A stretch of DNA of 64,000 nucleotides from Macrostomum hystrix (Eukaryota; Animalia; Platyhelminthes), in NCBI GenBank assembly GCA_950097015.1, contig CATNEN010000008.1:1364001-1428000 (forward strand), in the 5' to 3' direction. Both the position numbers and the translations under genes were made by a program. Below the pieces are notes generated by a model, which did no database searches, was not told the DNA's origin, and saw only the letters and a program-made list of their open reading frames with translations. Shown piece by piece: positions 12,665-24,799 of the stretch. Within the stretch, counting starts at the first letter, position 1; the number at the start of each line of letters is the position of its first letter.

Positions 12665-12762
12665 ACTGCGAAGTGGACAGATGCGTCACAATGCCCTTGA
12701 AGGCGCGCAGCTCTTCCATGGCAGGCGGCGGCGGCGGCGGCGGAGCTACCGGTGGGGCACAG
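12665..12762 (+). CDS. Protocadherin exon 3 (cytoplasmic, Gly-rich)
   Basis: Acceptor ttctcag|ac at 12664 and strong donor cag|gtgaga at 12763. Phase 1 in and phase 0 out is compatible with exons 2 and 4. Reads DCEVDRCVTMPLKARSSSMAGGGGGGGATGGAQ. Confidence 0.72.
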
Positions 12763-12837
12763 GTGAGAGACTGGAAGGGATATTTTGGGAAATTAGGAGA
12801 TAAATTCTGAACATATAAAATTTTTGTTCTATAATTT

Positions 12838-13045
12838 GTAGCCTAGTGGCTGGAACGTATGACTAACGACTTGAAAGTCGGTGGTTCGATTCCCGACTCC
12901 ACTGGAACAATTTGTGTCCTTTAGAGCAAGACACTTAGCTCTGCATTGCTTCAGTTTACCCAGCTGTTAAATCCCCAGTCCATGGACTGAACAGCCGTAC
13001 GCAGCCTTCAGGCTTACATAATTCGGGCAGGTGAAAGAATTTTAT
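12838..13045 (+). mobile_element. tRNA-derived SINE copy B
   Basis: A-box-like tagcctagtgg, B-box ggttcgattcc at 12883, central gtgtcctt..gcaagacactt..ttgcttcagtttacccagctgttaaat, and tail cccagtccatggactgaacagc. Confidence 0.75.
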
Positions 13046-13552
13046 AATGACAATAGTAATAATACTTATAGAATGTACGTTAGTAGTTAAATTAAATTGC
13101 TGGTTCAATTTTTCAAAACATTTGTTAAACTTGTACTCGTGTTTAGGCTAAATCGAATATGCGACTAAAATAAGCATAAGAAATGCAACAACAGTGTGAC
13201 CGGAAAGTAAAAAGCTTTCAAAAGGCTTAAAAGCTGATTAAGGACCTAGCAGCTTATATTTAGTATGCAGTCACTAATGAAGGTAAGCTAGAGTATGACT
13301 CACGAACTACTGTAGTTTGTCAAATGGAGCGAAACTTTGTTCAAAGCAGATTAATATGAGCTCAAGTAGCACATCCCACCCAATGCGTGACTGCTGCGGG
13401 GGTGAAGCGTCCGCTTATCAACTTTATAGCATAGTATCCATCCATACTGTGCTACACTATTTAGTAGAGTATGAGTCGCCTACATTGTATGTTTAGTGGG
13501 CCTAATTGAGAATAACAATCAGAGACGACCGCGGGCCGGATTGGCATAGAAG

Positions 13553-15053
13553 AGATGAGACAGGGGAGAGATGAGACAGGGGAGAGATGAGACAGGGGAG
13601 AGATGAGACAGGGGAGAGTTGAGACACGGGAGAGATGAGACAGGGGAGAGATGAGACAGGGGAGAGTTGAGACACGGGAGAGATGAAACAGGGGAGAGAT
13701 ATAACAGGGGATAGTTAAGACAGGGGAGAGATGAGACAGGGGAGAGATGAGACAGGGGATAGTTGAGACAGGGGATAGTTGAGACAGGGGAGAGATGAAA
13801 CAGGGGATAGTTGAGACAGGGGAGAGATGAGACAGGGGAGAGATGAGACAGGGGAGAGATGAGACAGGGGAGAGATGAGACAGGGGATAGTTGAGACAGG
13901 GGATAGTTGAGACAGGGGAGAGATGAAACAGGGGATAGTTAAGACAGGGGAGAGATGAGACAGGGGAGAGATGAGACAGGGGATAGTTGAGACAGGGGAG
14001 AGATGAGACAGGGGAGAGATGAGACAGGGGATAGTTGAGACAGGGGATAGTTGAGACAGGGGAGAGATGAAACAGGGGATAGTTGAGACAGGGGAGAGAT
14101 GAGACAGGGGAGAGATGAGACAGGGGAGAGATGAGACAGGGGAGAGATGAGACAGGGGATAGTTGAGACAGGGGATAGTTGAGACAGGGGAGAGATGAAA
14201 CAGGGGATAGTTGAGACAGGGGAGAGATGAGACAGGGGATAGTTGAGACAGGGGAGAGATGAGACAGGGGAGAGATGAGACAGGGGAGAGATGAGACAGG
14301 GGATAGTTGAGACAGGGGAGAGATGAGACAAGGGAGAGATGAGACAGGGGATAGTTGAGACAGGGGATAGTTGAGACAGGGGAGAGATGAGACAAGGGAG
14401 AGATGAAACAGGGGATAGTTGAGACAGGGGAGAGATGAGACAGGGGATAGTTGAGACAGGGGAGAGATGAGACAGGGGAGAGATGAGATAGGGAAAGAGA
14501 TGAGACAGGGGATAGTTGAGACAGGGGATAGTTGAGACAGGGGAGAGATGAGACAGGGGATAGTTGAGACAGGGGAGAGATGAGACAGGGGAGAGATGAG
14601 ACAGGGGAGAGATGAGACAGGGGATAGTTGAGACAGGGGAGAGATGAGACAAGGGAGAGATGAAACAGGGGATAGTTGAGACAGGGGAGAGATGAGACAG
14701 GGGATAGTTGAGACAGGGGAGAGATGAGACAGGGGAGAGATGAGACAGGGGAGAGATGAGACAGGGGATAGTTGAGACAGGGGAGAGATGAGACAAGGGA
14801 GAGATGAGACAGGGGAGAGATGAGACAGGGGAGAGATGAGACAGGGGATAGTTGAGACAGGGGAGAGATGAGACAGGGGATAGTTGAGACAGGGGAGAGA
14901 TGAGACAGGGGAGAGATGAGACAGGGGAGAGATGAAACAGGGGATAGTTGAGACAGGGGAGAGATGAAACAGGGGATAGTTGAGACAGGGGAGAGTTGAG
15001 ACAGGGGAGAGATGAGACAGGGGAGAGATGAGACAGGGGAGAGATGAGACAGG
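13553..15053. repeat. 16-bp minisatellite
   Basis: Mixed units gagatgagacagggga and tagttgagacagggga. Confidence 0.97.
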
Positions 15054-15730
15054 GAAAATACGAGTTAGGTGTGAGATTAAACGCCAGATGAGAATTAGCA
15101 CTATTTTTATCACGCCATGGGTCGTTAAATGAAATCTAGTTGTTTACATTTCTCGACAAATATTTACCAGCCAACTTGAACCTAAAATGATCATGAGAAA
15201 CCAGGAACTAAAGATGCAGTGCGCGGTAGTATTACAATAAATTTTATGCATGTGTATATACTAGAGATTTGCTAGAATAATTTTAGATATAGAGCACCGT
15301 TAACAGTACTGATACATTAGTGAACAAGCTTACCTATGCGCATTCTATTTTCAATCAAAATACAGACCTTTTGAAGTGGGACATTGTAAAGTTGTGAGGG
15401 CCGGGAAGGGTTGAAAATGCGTAGATATTCTGGAATTTCGATTGAACCGACTCGAGCGAAGCTAAAGAGGAGAGATCGGCCGGAAGAATCGTTGAATAAA
15501 AGTTAGTTCTGGTGCAGAAATTTTCGTGTGTTTATTCAGCGCTGCTGGTAAAGTGAGCAATTTAGGCTGAAAATCTCTATTTTTACTAAGTCGCAGGTCA
15601 CGCACAATGACAGTGCTAAGCGGCTTGTATTAGTGGCAAATATCATACTATTAATAAAGTAGGCAGGTAAATAAAAATTGTCTGTTTCAGTTCAGTAAAG
15701 CTAAATTTAGTATAACTCACCAATTAATCT

Positions 15731-16131
15731 GTGAATCAGGATTCTGTGAATCAGGATTCTGTGAATCAGGATTCTGTGAATCAGGATTCTGTGAATCAGG
15801 ATTCTGTGAATCGGGATTCTGTGAATCAGTATTGTGTGAATCGGGATTCTGTGAATCGGGTTACTGCAAATCGGGATTCTGTGAATGGGGATTCTGTGAA
15901 TCGGGATCCTGTGAATCGGGATTCTGTGAATCGGGATCCTGTGAATCGGGATTCTGTGAATCGGGATTCTGTGAATCGGGATTCTGTGAATCGGGATTCT
16001 GTGAATCGGGATTCTGTGAATCGGGATTCTGTGAATCGGGATTCTGTGAATCGGGATCCTGTGAATCGGGATTCTGTGAATCGGGATTCTGTGAATCGGG
16101 ATCCTGTGAATCGGGATTCTGTGAATCGGGA
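15731..16131. repeat. 15-bp minisatellite
   Basis: Unit gtgaatc(g/a)ggattct. Confidence 0.97.
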
Positions 16132-16959
16132 ATCGTTAAGTGAATTTTTAATAAAGAGAAGTGACTAAGCGGTGAATTTTAGGTTTTAACTATGAGACCA
16201 GACCACCCGCAGCATTCGATTTGCTGAAAAGTTAGTGAAGCAAGAAAAGAAGAAAATTAATAAAATCGGTATAGATAATCAGTCTAGTGTGTTGCAGACT
16301 GTTGAAAGAAATTAATTTTTATTCGCTGCCTTGAGGGTCTCTCAAGAGCTAGCTAGTATCATTGGATGCGACAGAGTGAGACATGGCTAGATCTCGACCC
16401 TGAAACGGGACTGCATGGAATCCGGTGTCAATTTTTTCGGCGTCTCGGCTAGAAAAGCGGGCCAGCGGTTTCTGACAAACAGTTTGCGCTTTGGTTCAAT
16501 TTTGACCTAGTTAAAAGGCTAGAAAATATCGCATATGCGTCGCGCTATTTGTCCAAATACGCTGTTTGAGAAATAAGAATGAAAAACTCGATTCCCAGGA
16601 TGGACTCGATGAAATGCCACCAGAACAGAACTGCGAAATGAGCTTCTGGGAGCGGCTAGGAGAAATTTGAGTCGATTTTTTCGACGGCTTCTGCTACTGA
16701 AAGATGAGCCGCCAATGATGAAGTTTTTTCCTGCAACTTCGCAGGGGCAGGGCTGGTGAAAATATGAGTTCTAGCGATAGAACACACGCGATGGATACTG
16801 CTTATAATTTGTGGGGAAAAGAACAAGAACACAGAAGGATCACAGAGGGGGCTGGTATCCGGTTTCAATCCCGACATTTTTTTATAGAGGAATGCCTGTG
16901 TTTAGTTGCAGCGTGAGAAATCAATGCAAGAACTCGGAATTCAGTCAGCACTATCTGTA

Positions 16960-18420
16960 TCTAAGCTCTCTCGTCTCCATGTCTTATCTCTATCTAATCT
17001 CTCTCGTCTCCCTGTCTTATCTCTATCTAATCTCTCTCATCTCCCTGTCTTATCTCTATCTAATCTCTCTCGTCTCCCTGTCTTATCTCTATCTAATCTC
17101 TCTCGTCTCCATGTCTTATCTCTATCTAATCTCTCTCATCTCCCTGTCTTATCTCTATCTAATCTCCCTCATCTCCATGTCTTATCTCTATCTAATCTTT
17201 CTCATCTCCATGTCTTATGTCTATCTAATCTCCCTCATCTCCATGTCTTATCTCTATCTAATCTCTCTCGTCTCCCTGTCTTATCTCTATCTAATCTCTC
17301 TCATCTCCCTGTCTTATCTCTATCTAATCTCTCTCGTCTCCCTGTCTTATCTCTATCTAATCTCTCTCATCTCCCTGTCTTATCTCTATCTAATCTCTCT
17401 CATCTCCCTGTCTTATCTCTATCTAATCTCTCTCGTCTCCCTGTCTTATCTCTATCTAATCTCTCTCGTCTCCATGTCTTATCTCTATCTAATCTCTCTC
17501 ATCTCCCTGTCTTATCTCTATCTAATCTCCCTCATCTCCATGTCTTATCTCTATCTAATCTTTCTCATCTCCATGTCTTATGTCTATCTAATCTCCCTCA
17601 TCTCCATGTCTTATCTCTATCTAATCTCTCTCGTCTCCCTGTCTTATCTCTATCTAATCTCTCTCATCTCCCTGTCTTATCTCTATCTAATCTCTCTCGT
17701 CTCCCTGTCTTATCTCTATCTAATCTCTCTCATCTCCCTGTCTTATCTCTATCTAATCTCTCTCATCTCCCTGTCTTATCTCTATCTAATCTCTCTCGTC
17801 TCCCTGTCTTATCTCTATCTAATCTCTCTCGTCTCCATGTCTTATCTCTATCTAATCTCTCTCATCTCCCTGTCTTATCTCTATCTAATCTCCCTCATCT
17901 CCATGTCTTATCTCTATCTAATCTTTCTCATCTCCATGTCTTATGTCTATCTAATCTCCCTCATCTCCATGTCTTATCTCTATCTAATCTCTCTCGTCTC
18001 CCTGTCTTATCTCTATCTAATCTCTCTCATCTCCCTGTCTTATTTCTATCTAATCTCTCTCGTCTCCCTGTCTTATCTCTATCTAATCTCTCTCATCTCC
18101 CTGTCTTATCTCTATCTAATCTCTCTCATCTCCCTGTCTTATCTCTCTCTAATCTCCCTCATCTCCCTGTCTTATCTCTCTCTAATCTCTCTCGCCTCCC
18201 TGTCTTATCTCTCTCTAATCTCTCTCATCTCCCTGTCTTATCTCTCTCTAATCTCTCTCATCCCTATGTATTATCTCTATCTAACCAATCTCGTCTCCCT
18301 GTCTTATCTCTCTCTAATCTCTCTCATCTCCCTGTCTTATCTCTCTCTAATCTCTCTCATCCCCATGTATTATCTCTATCTAACCAATCTCATCTACCTG
18401 TCTTATCTGTATCTAAACTC
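16960..18420. repeat. 33-bp minisatellite with 363-bp higher-order repeat
   Basis: Unit ttatctctatctaatctctctc(g/a)tctccctgtc. The variant ttatgtct recurs at about 17216, 17579 and 17942. Followed by agac/agat microsatellites. Confidence 0.95.
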
Positions 18421-19188
18421 TCTCCCCAATTTATCTCATCAGACAGACAGACAGACAAATAGATAGATATATAGATAGATAGATAGATTGTCATGACAGA
18501 CAGACAGACAGACGCTTTTGTCTGCGAATTTAAAATGAAAAAAAGTTTAATACAACCAGCGTTTGAGAAAAAAATTACGGATAATAAAGAGTTTGTCCCA
18601 GCAAGGGACTTAAACAATGACTTACTCTTATATAGAATTTCGTCTGAAAATGAGAGTTCGTCAGTAGCTAGGAACGAGTTGCAGGATCTGAACGCTGAGA
18701 TGAATACAACAAGCTGACAGGCGTCCCATTTCTGTCAGGTCCTTGTTGGGTTGCTTTTTTTAGTTTTTTTATTTCGGTTTTTCCGGGACTACTATTATCA
18801 AAATGTTAGTTTTTTTCTTCTTCTTCTGTTCGGGACACCCTGGCGCCGCATGGTAGCCAGTTTTTGCCCTGTCAGTTAGTTTTTATGAGTCGGAAAAGTA
18901 AATAGACAGCCCTCATTATTTCATTTTTGTTGTTTGACACTTTTTCCAACAGGCTGTCAATTTCCAGAATGGCGTAGTGGGCATTGAAATACTTTTTTAA
19001 AAGTAAAAGTTGAAAAATACGAACTAGGCTGGGTTCCCGTACTTAGGTCTCGAGTCTAGCGGGGGAATCGTTCTAAATTCATCCTAAAAATGAAAATTGA
19101 CAAAGAGAGACATTTTATGGGGTACTGCTTGGTGAAATTGTACTGCGGCATGAACTGGTTGGCATGGGCTACATGTAGATTGATGTAG

Positions 19189-20085
19189 AGAGAGGTAGAG
19201 AGAGGTAGAGAGAGGTAGAGAGAGGTAGAGAGAAGTAGAGAGAGGTAGAGAGAGGTAGAGAGAGGTAGAGAGAGGTAGAAAGAGGTAGAGAGAGGTAGAA
19301 AGAAGTAGAGAGAGGTAGAGAGAGGTAGAGAGAGGTAGAGAGAGGTAGAGAGAGGTAGAGAGAGGTAGAGAGAGGAAAAGAGAGGTAAAAAGAGGTAGAG
19401 ATGTAGAGAGACGTAGAGAGAGGTAGAGAGATGTAGAGAGAGGCAGAAAGAGGTAGAAAGAGGTAGAGAGAGGTAGAGAGAGGTAGAAAGAGGTAGAGAG
19501 AGGTAGAGAGGTAGAGATGTAGAGAGAGGTAGAGAGAGGTAGAGAGATGTAGAGAGAGGCAGAAAGAGGTAGAGAGAGGTAGAGAGAGGTAGAAAGAGGT
19601 AGAGAGAGGTAGAGAGAGGTAGAGAGAGGTAGAGAGAGGTAGAGAGAGGTAGAGAGAGGTAGAAAGAGGTAGAAAGAGGTAGAGAGGTAGAGAGGTAGAG
19701 AGGTAAAGAGAGGTAGAGAGAGGTAGAGAGATGTAGAGAGAGGCAGAAAGAGGTAGAGAGAGGTGGAGAGATGTAGAGAGAGGTAGAGAGAGGTAGAGAG
19801 AGGTAGAGAGAGCTGGAGAGAGGTAGAGAGAGGTAGAGAGGGGTAGAGAGAGGTAAGAGAGAGGTAGAAAGAGGTAGAGAGAGGTAGAGAGAGGTAGAGA
19901 GAGGTAGAAAGAGGTAGAGAGAGGTAGAGAGGTAGAGATGTAGAGAGAGGTAGAGAGAGGTAGAGAGATGTAGAGAGAGGCAGAAAGAGGTAGAGAAAGG
20001 TAGAGAGAGGTAGAGAGAGGTAGAGAGAGGTAGAGAGAGGTAGAGAGATGTAGGAGAGGTAGAGAGATGTAGGAGAGGTAGTGAG
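19189..20085. repeat. 10-bp purine-rich minisatellite
   Basis: Unit agagaggtag. Confidence 0.97.
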
Positions 20086-20564
20086 AGGTTGATAAAGCTA
20101 GAAAGGCAGACAGTTGAAGGATTTTTTGGAGTCATCACAGAGGACAGATTAGCTGAGGAATTCTTGGTCAAAGGTTAAGCTCAGCCAGGTTTCAGTACTT
20201 GTCCGTATCTCTCCATTAACATGCTTGCCTGCACGGACCCACTCCAGAGACAGACTTTGTCGAATCAGCTATTCAGAAAATATGTCCCGCTTTGGCAAAC
20301 TAGCCAAAGAACAAACAGGCAGTCGAGAGAGCCATGACAAATAACATGCTGGGGACCGTTTTTTACTAAGATTGCATGCGGTTCTATTTTCTTGTCTGTT
20401 CCATTCTGCGGAGAGAAAGTTTGCAAATCTTTCACTAGCAGAGGAGAAAACATCTTAGACGAGAATTGTTATTTGAGTTGACTGCTCACTGTTGGCAGGG
20501 AACGAAAGGAGATTGCTTGCTGGGGCAATGGCTTTTCACACAAGAATCTTTAGAAAAGCGAATC

Positions 20565-22775
20565 ATTATCTCCTGACAAGATCCAAGCAATGCTCCTGAA
20601 TAATCTTCTTCCAAGATCCAAGCAATGCTCCTGAATAATCTTCTTCCAAGATCCAAGCAATGCTCCAGAATCATTATCTCCTGACAAGATCCAAGCAATG
20701 CTCCTGAATAATATTCTTCCAAGATCCAAGCAATGCTCCTGAACAATCTTCTTCCAAGATCCAAGCAATGCTCCAGAATAATATTCTTCCAAGATCCAAG
20801 CAATGCTCCAGAATAATCTTCTTCCAAGATCCAAGCAATGCTCCAGAATCATCTTCTTCCAAGATCCAAGCAATGCTCCAGAATCATCGTCTTCCAAGAT
20901 CCAAGCAATGCTCCTGAATCATCTTCTTCCAAGATCCAAGCAATGCTCCAGAATCATCGTCTTCCAAGATCCAAGCAATGCTCCTGAATCATCTTCTTCC
21001 AAGATCCAAGCAATGCTCCAGAATCATCTTCTTCCAAGATCCAAGCAATGCTCCAGAATCATCTTCTTCCAAGATCCAAGCAATGCTCCAGAATCATCGT
21101 CTTCCAAGATCCAAGCAATGCTCCTGAATCATCTTCTTCCAAGATCCAAGCAATGCTCCTGAATAATATTCTTCCAAGATCCAAGCAATGCTCCTGAACA
21201 ATCTTCTTCCAAGATCCAAGCAATGCTCCTGAATCATCTTCTTCCAAGATCCAAGCAATGCTCCTGAATAATATTCTTCCAAGATCCAAGCAATGCTCCT
21301 GAACAATCTTCTTCCAAGATCCAAGCAATGCTCCTGAATCATCTTCTTCCAAGATCCAAGCAATGCTCCTGAATAATATTCTTCCAAGATCCAAGCAATG
21401 CTCCTGAACAATCTTCTTCCAAGATCCAAGCAATGCTCCTGAATAATCTTCCTTCGAGATCCAAGCAATGCTCCTGAATAATATTCTTTCAAGATCCAAG
21501 CAATGCTCCTGAATAATCGTCTTCCAAGATCCAAGCAATGCTCCAGAATAATCTTCTTCCAAGATCCAAGCAATGCTCCAGAATCATCTTCTTCCAAGAC
21601 CCAAGCAATGCTCCTGAATAATATTCTTCCAAGATCCAAGCAATGCTCCTGAACAATCTTCTTCCAAGATCCAAGCAATGCTCCTGAATCATCTTCTTCC
21701 AAGATCCAAGCAATGCTCCTGAATAATATTCTTCCAAGATCCAAGCAATGCTCCTGAACAATCTTCTTCCAAGATCCAAGCAATGCTCCTGAATAATCTT
21801 CCTTCGAGATCCAAGCAATGCTCCTGAATAATATTCTTTCAAGATCCAAGCAATGCTCCTGAATAATCGTCTTCCAAGATCCAAGCAATGCTCCAGAATA
21901 ATCTTCTTCCAAGACCCAAGCAATGCTCCTGAATAATCTTCCTTCGAGATCCAAGCAATGCTCCAGAATAATCTTCCTTCGAGATCCAAGCAATGCTCCT
22001 GAATCATCTTCTTCCAAGATCCAAGCAATGCTCCTGAATAATATTCTTCCAAGATCCAAGCAATGCTCCTGAACAATCTTCTTCCAAGATCCAAGCAATG
22101 CTCCAGAATAATCTTCTTCCAAGACCCAAGCAATGCTCCTGAATAATCGTCTTCCAAGATCCAAGCAATGCTCCAGAATAATCTTCTTCCAAGATCCAAG
22201 CAATGCTCCAGAATCATCTTCTTCCAAGACCCAAGCAATGCTCCTGAATAATCTTCCTTCGAGATCCAAGCAATGCTCCAGAATCATCTTCTTCCAAGAC
22301 CCAAGCAATGCTCCTGAATAATCTTCCTTCGAGATCCAAGCAATGCTCCTGAATAACCTTCTTCCAAGATCCAAGCAATTCTCCTGAATAATCTTCTTCC
22401 AAGATCCAAGCAATGCTCCAGAATAATCTTCCTTCGAGATCCAAGCAATGCTCCTGAATAATCTTCTTCCAAGATCCAAGCAATGCTCCTGAATAATCTT
22501 CCTTCGAGATCCAAGCAATGCTCCTGAATAATCTTCTTCCAAGATCCAAGCAATGCTCCTGAATAATCTTCTTCCAAGATCCAAGCAATGCTCCAGAATA
22601 ATCTTCTTCCAAGATCCAAGCAATGCTCCTGAATAATCTTCTTCCAAGATCCAAGCAATGCTCCTGAATAATCTTCTTCCAAGATCCAAGCAATGCTCCA
22701 GAATAATCTTCCTTCGAGATCCAAGCAATGCTCCTAAACAATCTTCTTCCAAGATCCTAGCAATGTTTCATAAGA
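20565..22775. repeat. 35-bp minisatellite with partial 350-bp higher-order repeat
   Basis: Unit ctcc(t/a)gaataatcttcttccaagatccaagcaatg. The variant run ccttcgagat...atattctttc recurs at 21451 and 21801. Confidence 0.97.
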
Positions 22776-22991
22776 AACAATATTCTTCCAAGACACGTTC
22801 ACCTCTCGCACCAAGGTCCGTGATTTTGATTCCGCGGCGAGGGCCAACAACCAAGGCACAGTGAGAGTGTACACCACTGGACAATCAAATAGTCAGGGCA
22901 GATGTACACAATGTGCGTGCCTTTGTACGGTATCCGAGAGCGCGCTCAGCAGTCAGCAAACATCTAGACAAAACTAATCTCTCTTCTCCAG

Positions 22992-23359
22992 GTCGTCACC
23001 CTGCTGTACGGCGCGAACGGCGCTGACGTCGGGTTAGACGCCGAGCTGCATCCTGCCGTCGACTATAACAGCGGACTGGATGACCAGGCCGGGGTCGACT
23101 TCCAAGGCGGCCGATACGAGACCTGGCGAGATCAGAGGTACACAGCTGGATCCAGACAGCAGCAGCAGCAGCTGCATCGGCAGGCCTGCGCAACACCAAG
23201 CACTGGGCCGACCATTCGGAGAGTCAACCCGCTGGTTGCCAGCAACAGCTGCGAGAATGTCGCTTCGTCAACCGCGCCTTCGTCTGCCACTGTGGCACCA
23301 GAAGTTTCTCAAATGGCTAACTACCAGACCATTGACTCTCATCGGTATCAACATTTGCT

Positions 23360-23390
<31 letters not shown>

Positions 23391-23492
23391 CAGTCGACAA
23401 TGGTTCATCGGACAATGGCGTCAAGTGTAGACCCGGTCTACAGTCCCAAGAAGTCGCTAAAGAATACTTACTTTGAAACTAGCTTTGTGTAA
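22992..23492 (+). CDS. Protocadherin terminal exon (poly-Q cytoplasmic tail ending ETSFV)
   Basis: Acceptor ctcttctccag| at 22991, then a phase-0 open frame VVTLLYGANG...QQQQ...YFETSFV*. The joined CDS is 3543 nt (1180 aa) with no frame break. Extra small exons in the 10-kb intron cannot be excluded. Confidence 0.72.
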
Positions 23493-23944
23493 TATTTTCG
23501 TTCTTCACTGCCCAGCGACAAGTTTTTATTGTACTTTTATTTTTGTCTGCAATTTTTCGTGCTTTTTTTCAATCATTTGATCGAATGCACTTTGTCTAGA
23601 TATGCTGATAACAGGTAGGGTAGATTTTTATTTAGAATCGGCATAAAATTGGAGCTTGCTTTAATCGCGACTTTCAATCACATATGTCTATGGCCAAATC
23701 CCATGTAAAGCATTGACTTGTTTTCTGCTAGCGGGCATGAAATCGACAAAAATGTTTTTCAGCCTTTTTACTTTTTTACCCATTTCGCTTCCCATTTTCC
23801 CCCCTCGATATTACGTTTCTTCTCTTCCTCTTTCATCTCTCCCGCTTTCCTTTCCCATTTCTCCACTTCTCTCTCCGAATTCTACTCTTTCCCCTCCCAT
23901 TTCTCGTCTTTTTATCACATTTCTTTCCTTCAACTCGAAAGTCT

Positions 23945-24510
23945 CCCCTTCCATTCCCAATTCTCCCCTTCCATTCCCAATTCTCCCCTTCCATTCCCAA
24001 TTCTCCCCTTCCATTCCCAATTCTCCCCTTCCATTCCCACTTCCCACTTCCCCCTTTCCACTCTCAATTCTCCCCTTCCATTCCAAATTCTTCCCTTCCG
24101 TTCCCAATTCTGCCCTTCCATTCCCGATTCTGCCCTTGCATTCTTAATTCTCCCCTTCCATTCCCACTTCTTCCCTTCCATTCCCAATTCTTCCCTTCCA
24201 TTCCAAATTCTTCCCTTCCGTTCCCAATTCTGCCCTTCCATTCCCGATTCTGCCCTTCCATTCCCACTTCCCCCTTTCCACTCTCAATTCTCCCCTTCCA
24301 TTCCCAATTCTTCCCTTCCATTCCCAATTCTCCCCTTCCATTCCAAATTCTTCCCTTCCGTTCCCAATTCTGCCCTTCCATTCCCGATTCTGCCCTTGCA
24401 TTCTTAATTCTTCCCTTCCGTTCCCAATTATCCCCTTCCATTCCCACTTCTCCCCTTCCATTCCCAATTCTCCCCTTCCATTCCCAATTCTCCCCTTCCA
24501 TTCCCAAGTT
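23945..24510. repeat. 20-bp pyrimidine-rich minisatellite
   Basis: Unit ttcccaattctccccttcca. Confidence 0.93.
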
Positions 24511-24799
24511 TCCTTGTTTGGTCGTCTTCATTCTCCCATTTCTTCTTTGAAATCGTTGTAGAAAATATTTTTAAACAAATTTTTCAAGTAGGCTTGTTTC
24601 ATAACAAGCGTAGTACAAGTAATTTTGCACGAAGAAGCTGCTATTCACGTGAGATCCAATTAATTTAAACTTTCTTTAATCCAGATTCCGATATGTAAAA
24701 ATGAAAATGAAAACTCGAAATAAAAGCTACAGACGTTTGAAGAAATCAGTTTGCAACGACTTAGATTGAAAATAAATTTCTGGCATTATCGACTTGATT

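Noticed and set aside
16811-18466. Long ORFs of 551/518 aa (LRR-like SLSNL pattern), and similar ORFs at 947-1606, 3165-4004, 13461-15113, 19056-20171, 21094-22752, 32601-33776 and 63046-63984
   Set aside because: These are translations of stop-free minisatellite units, open in several frames, lying in introns or intergenic DNA with no non-repetitive domain.
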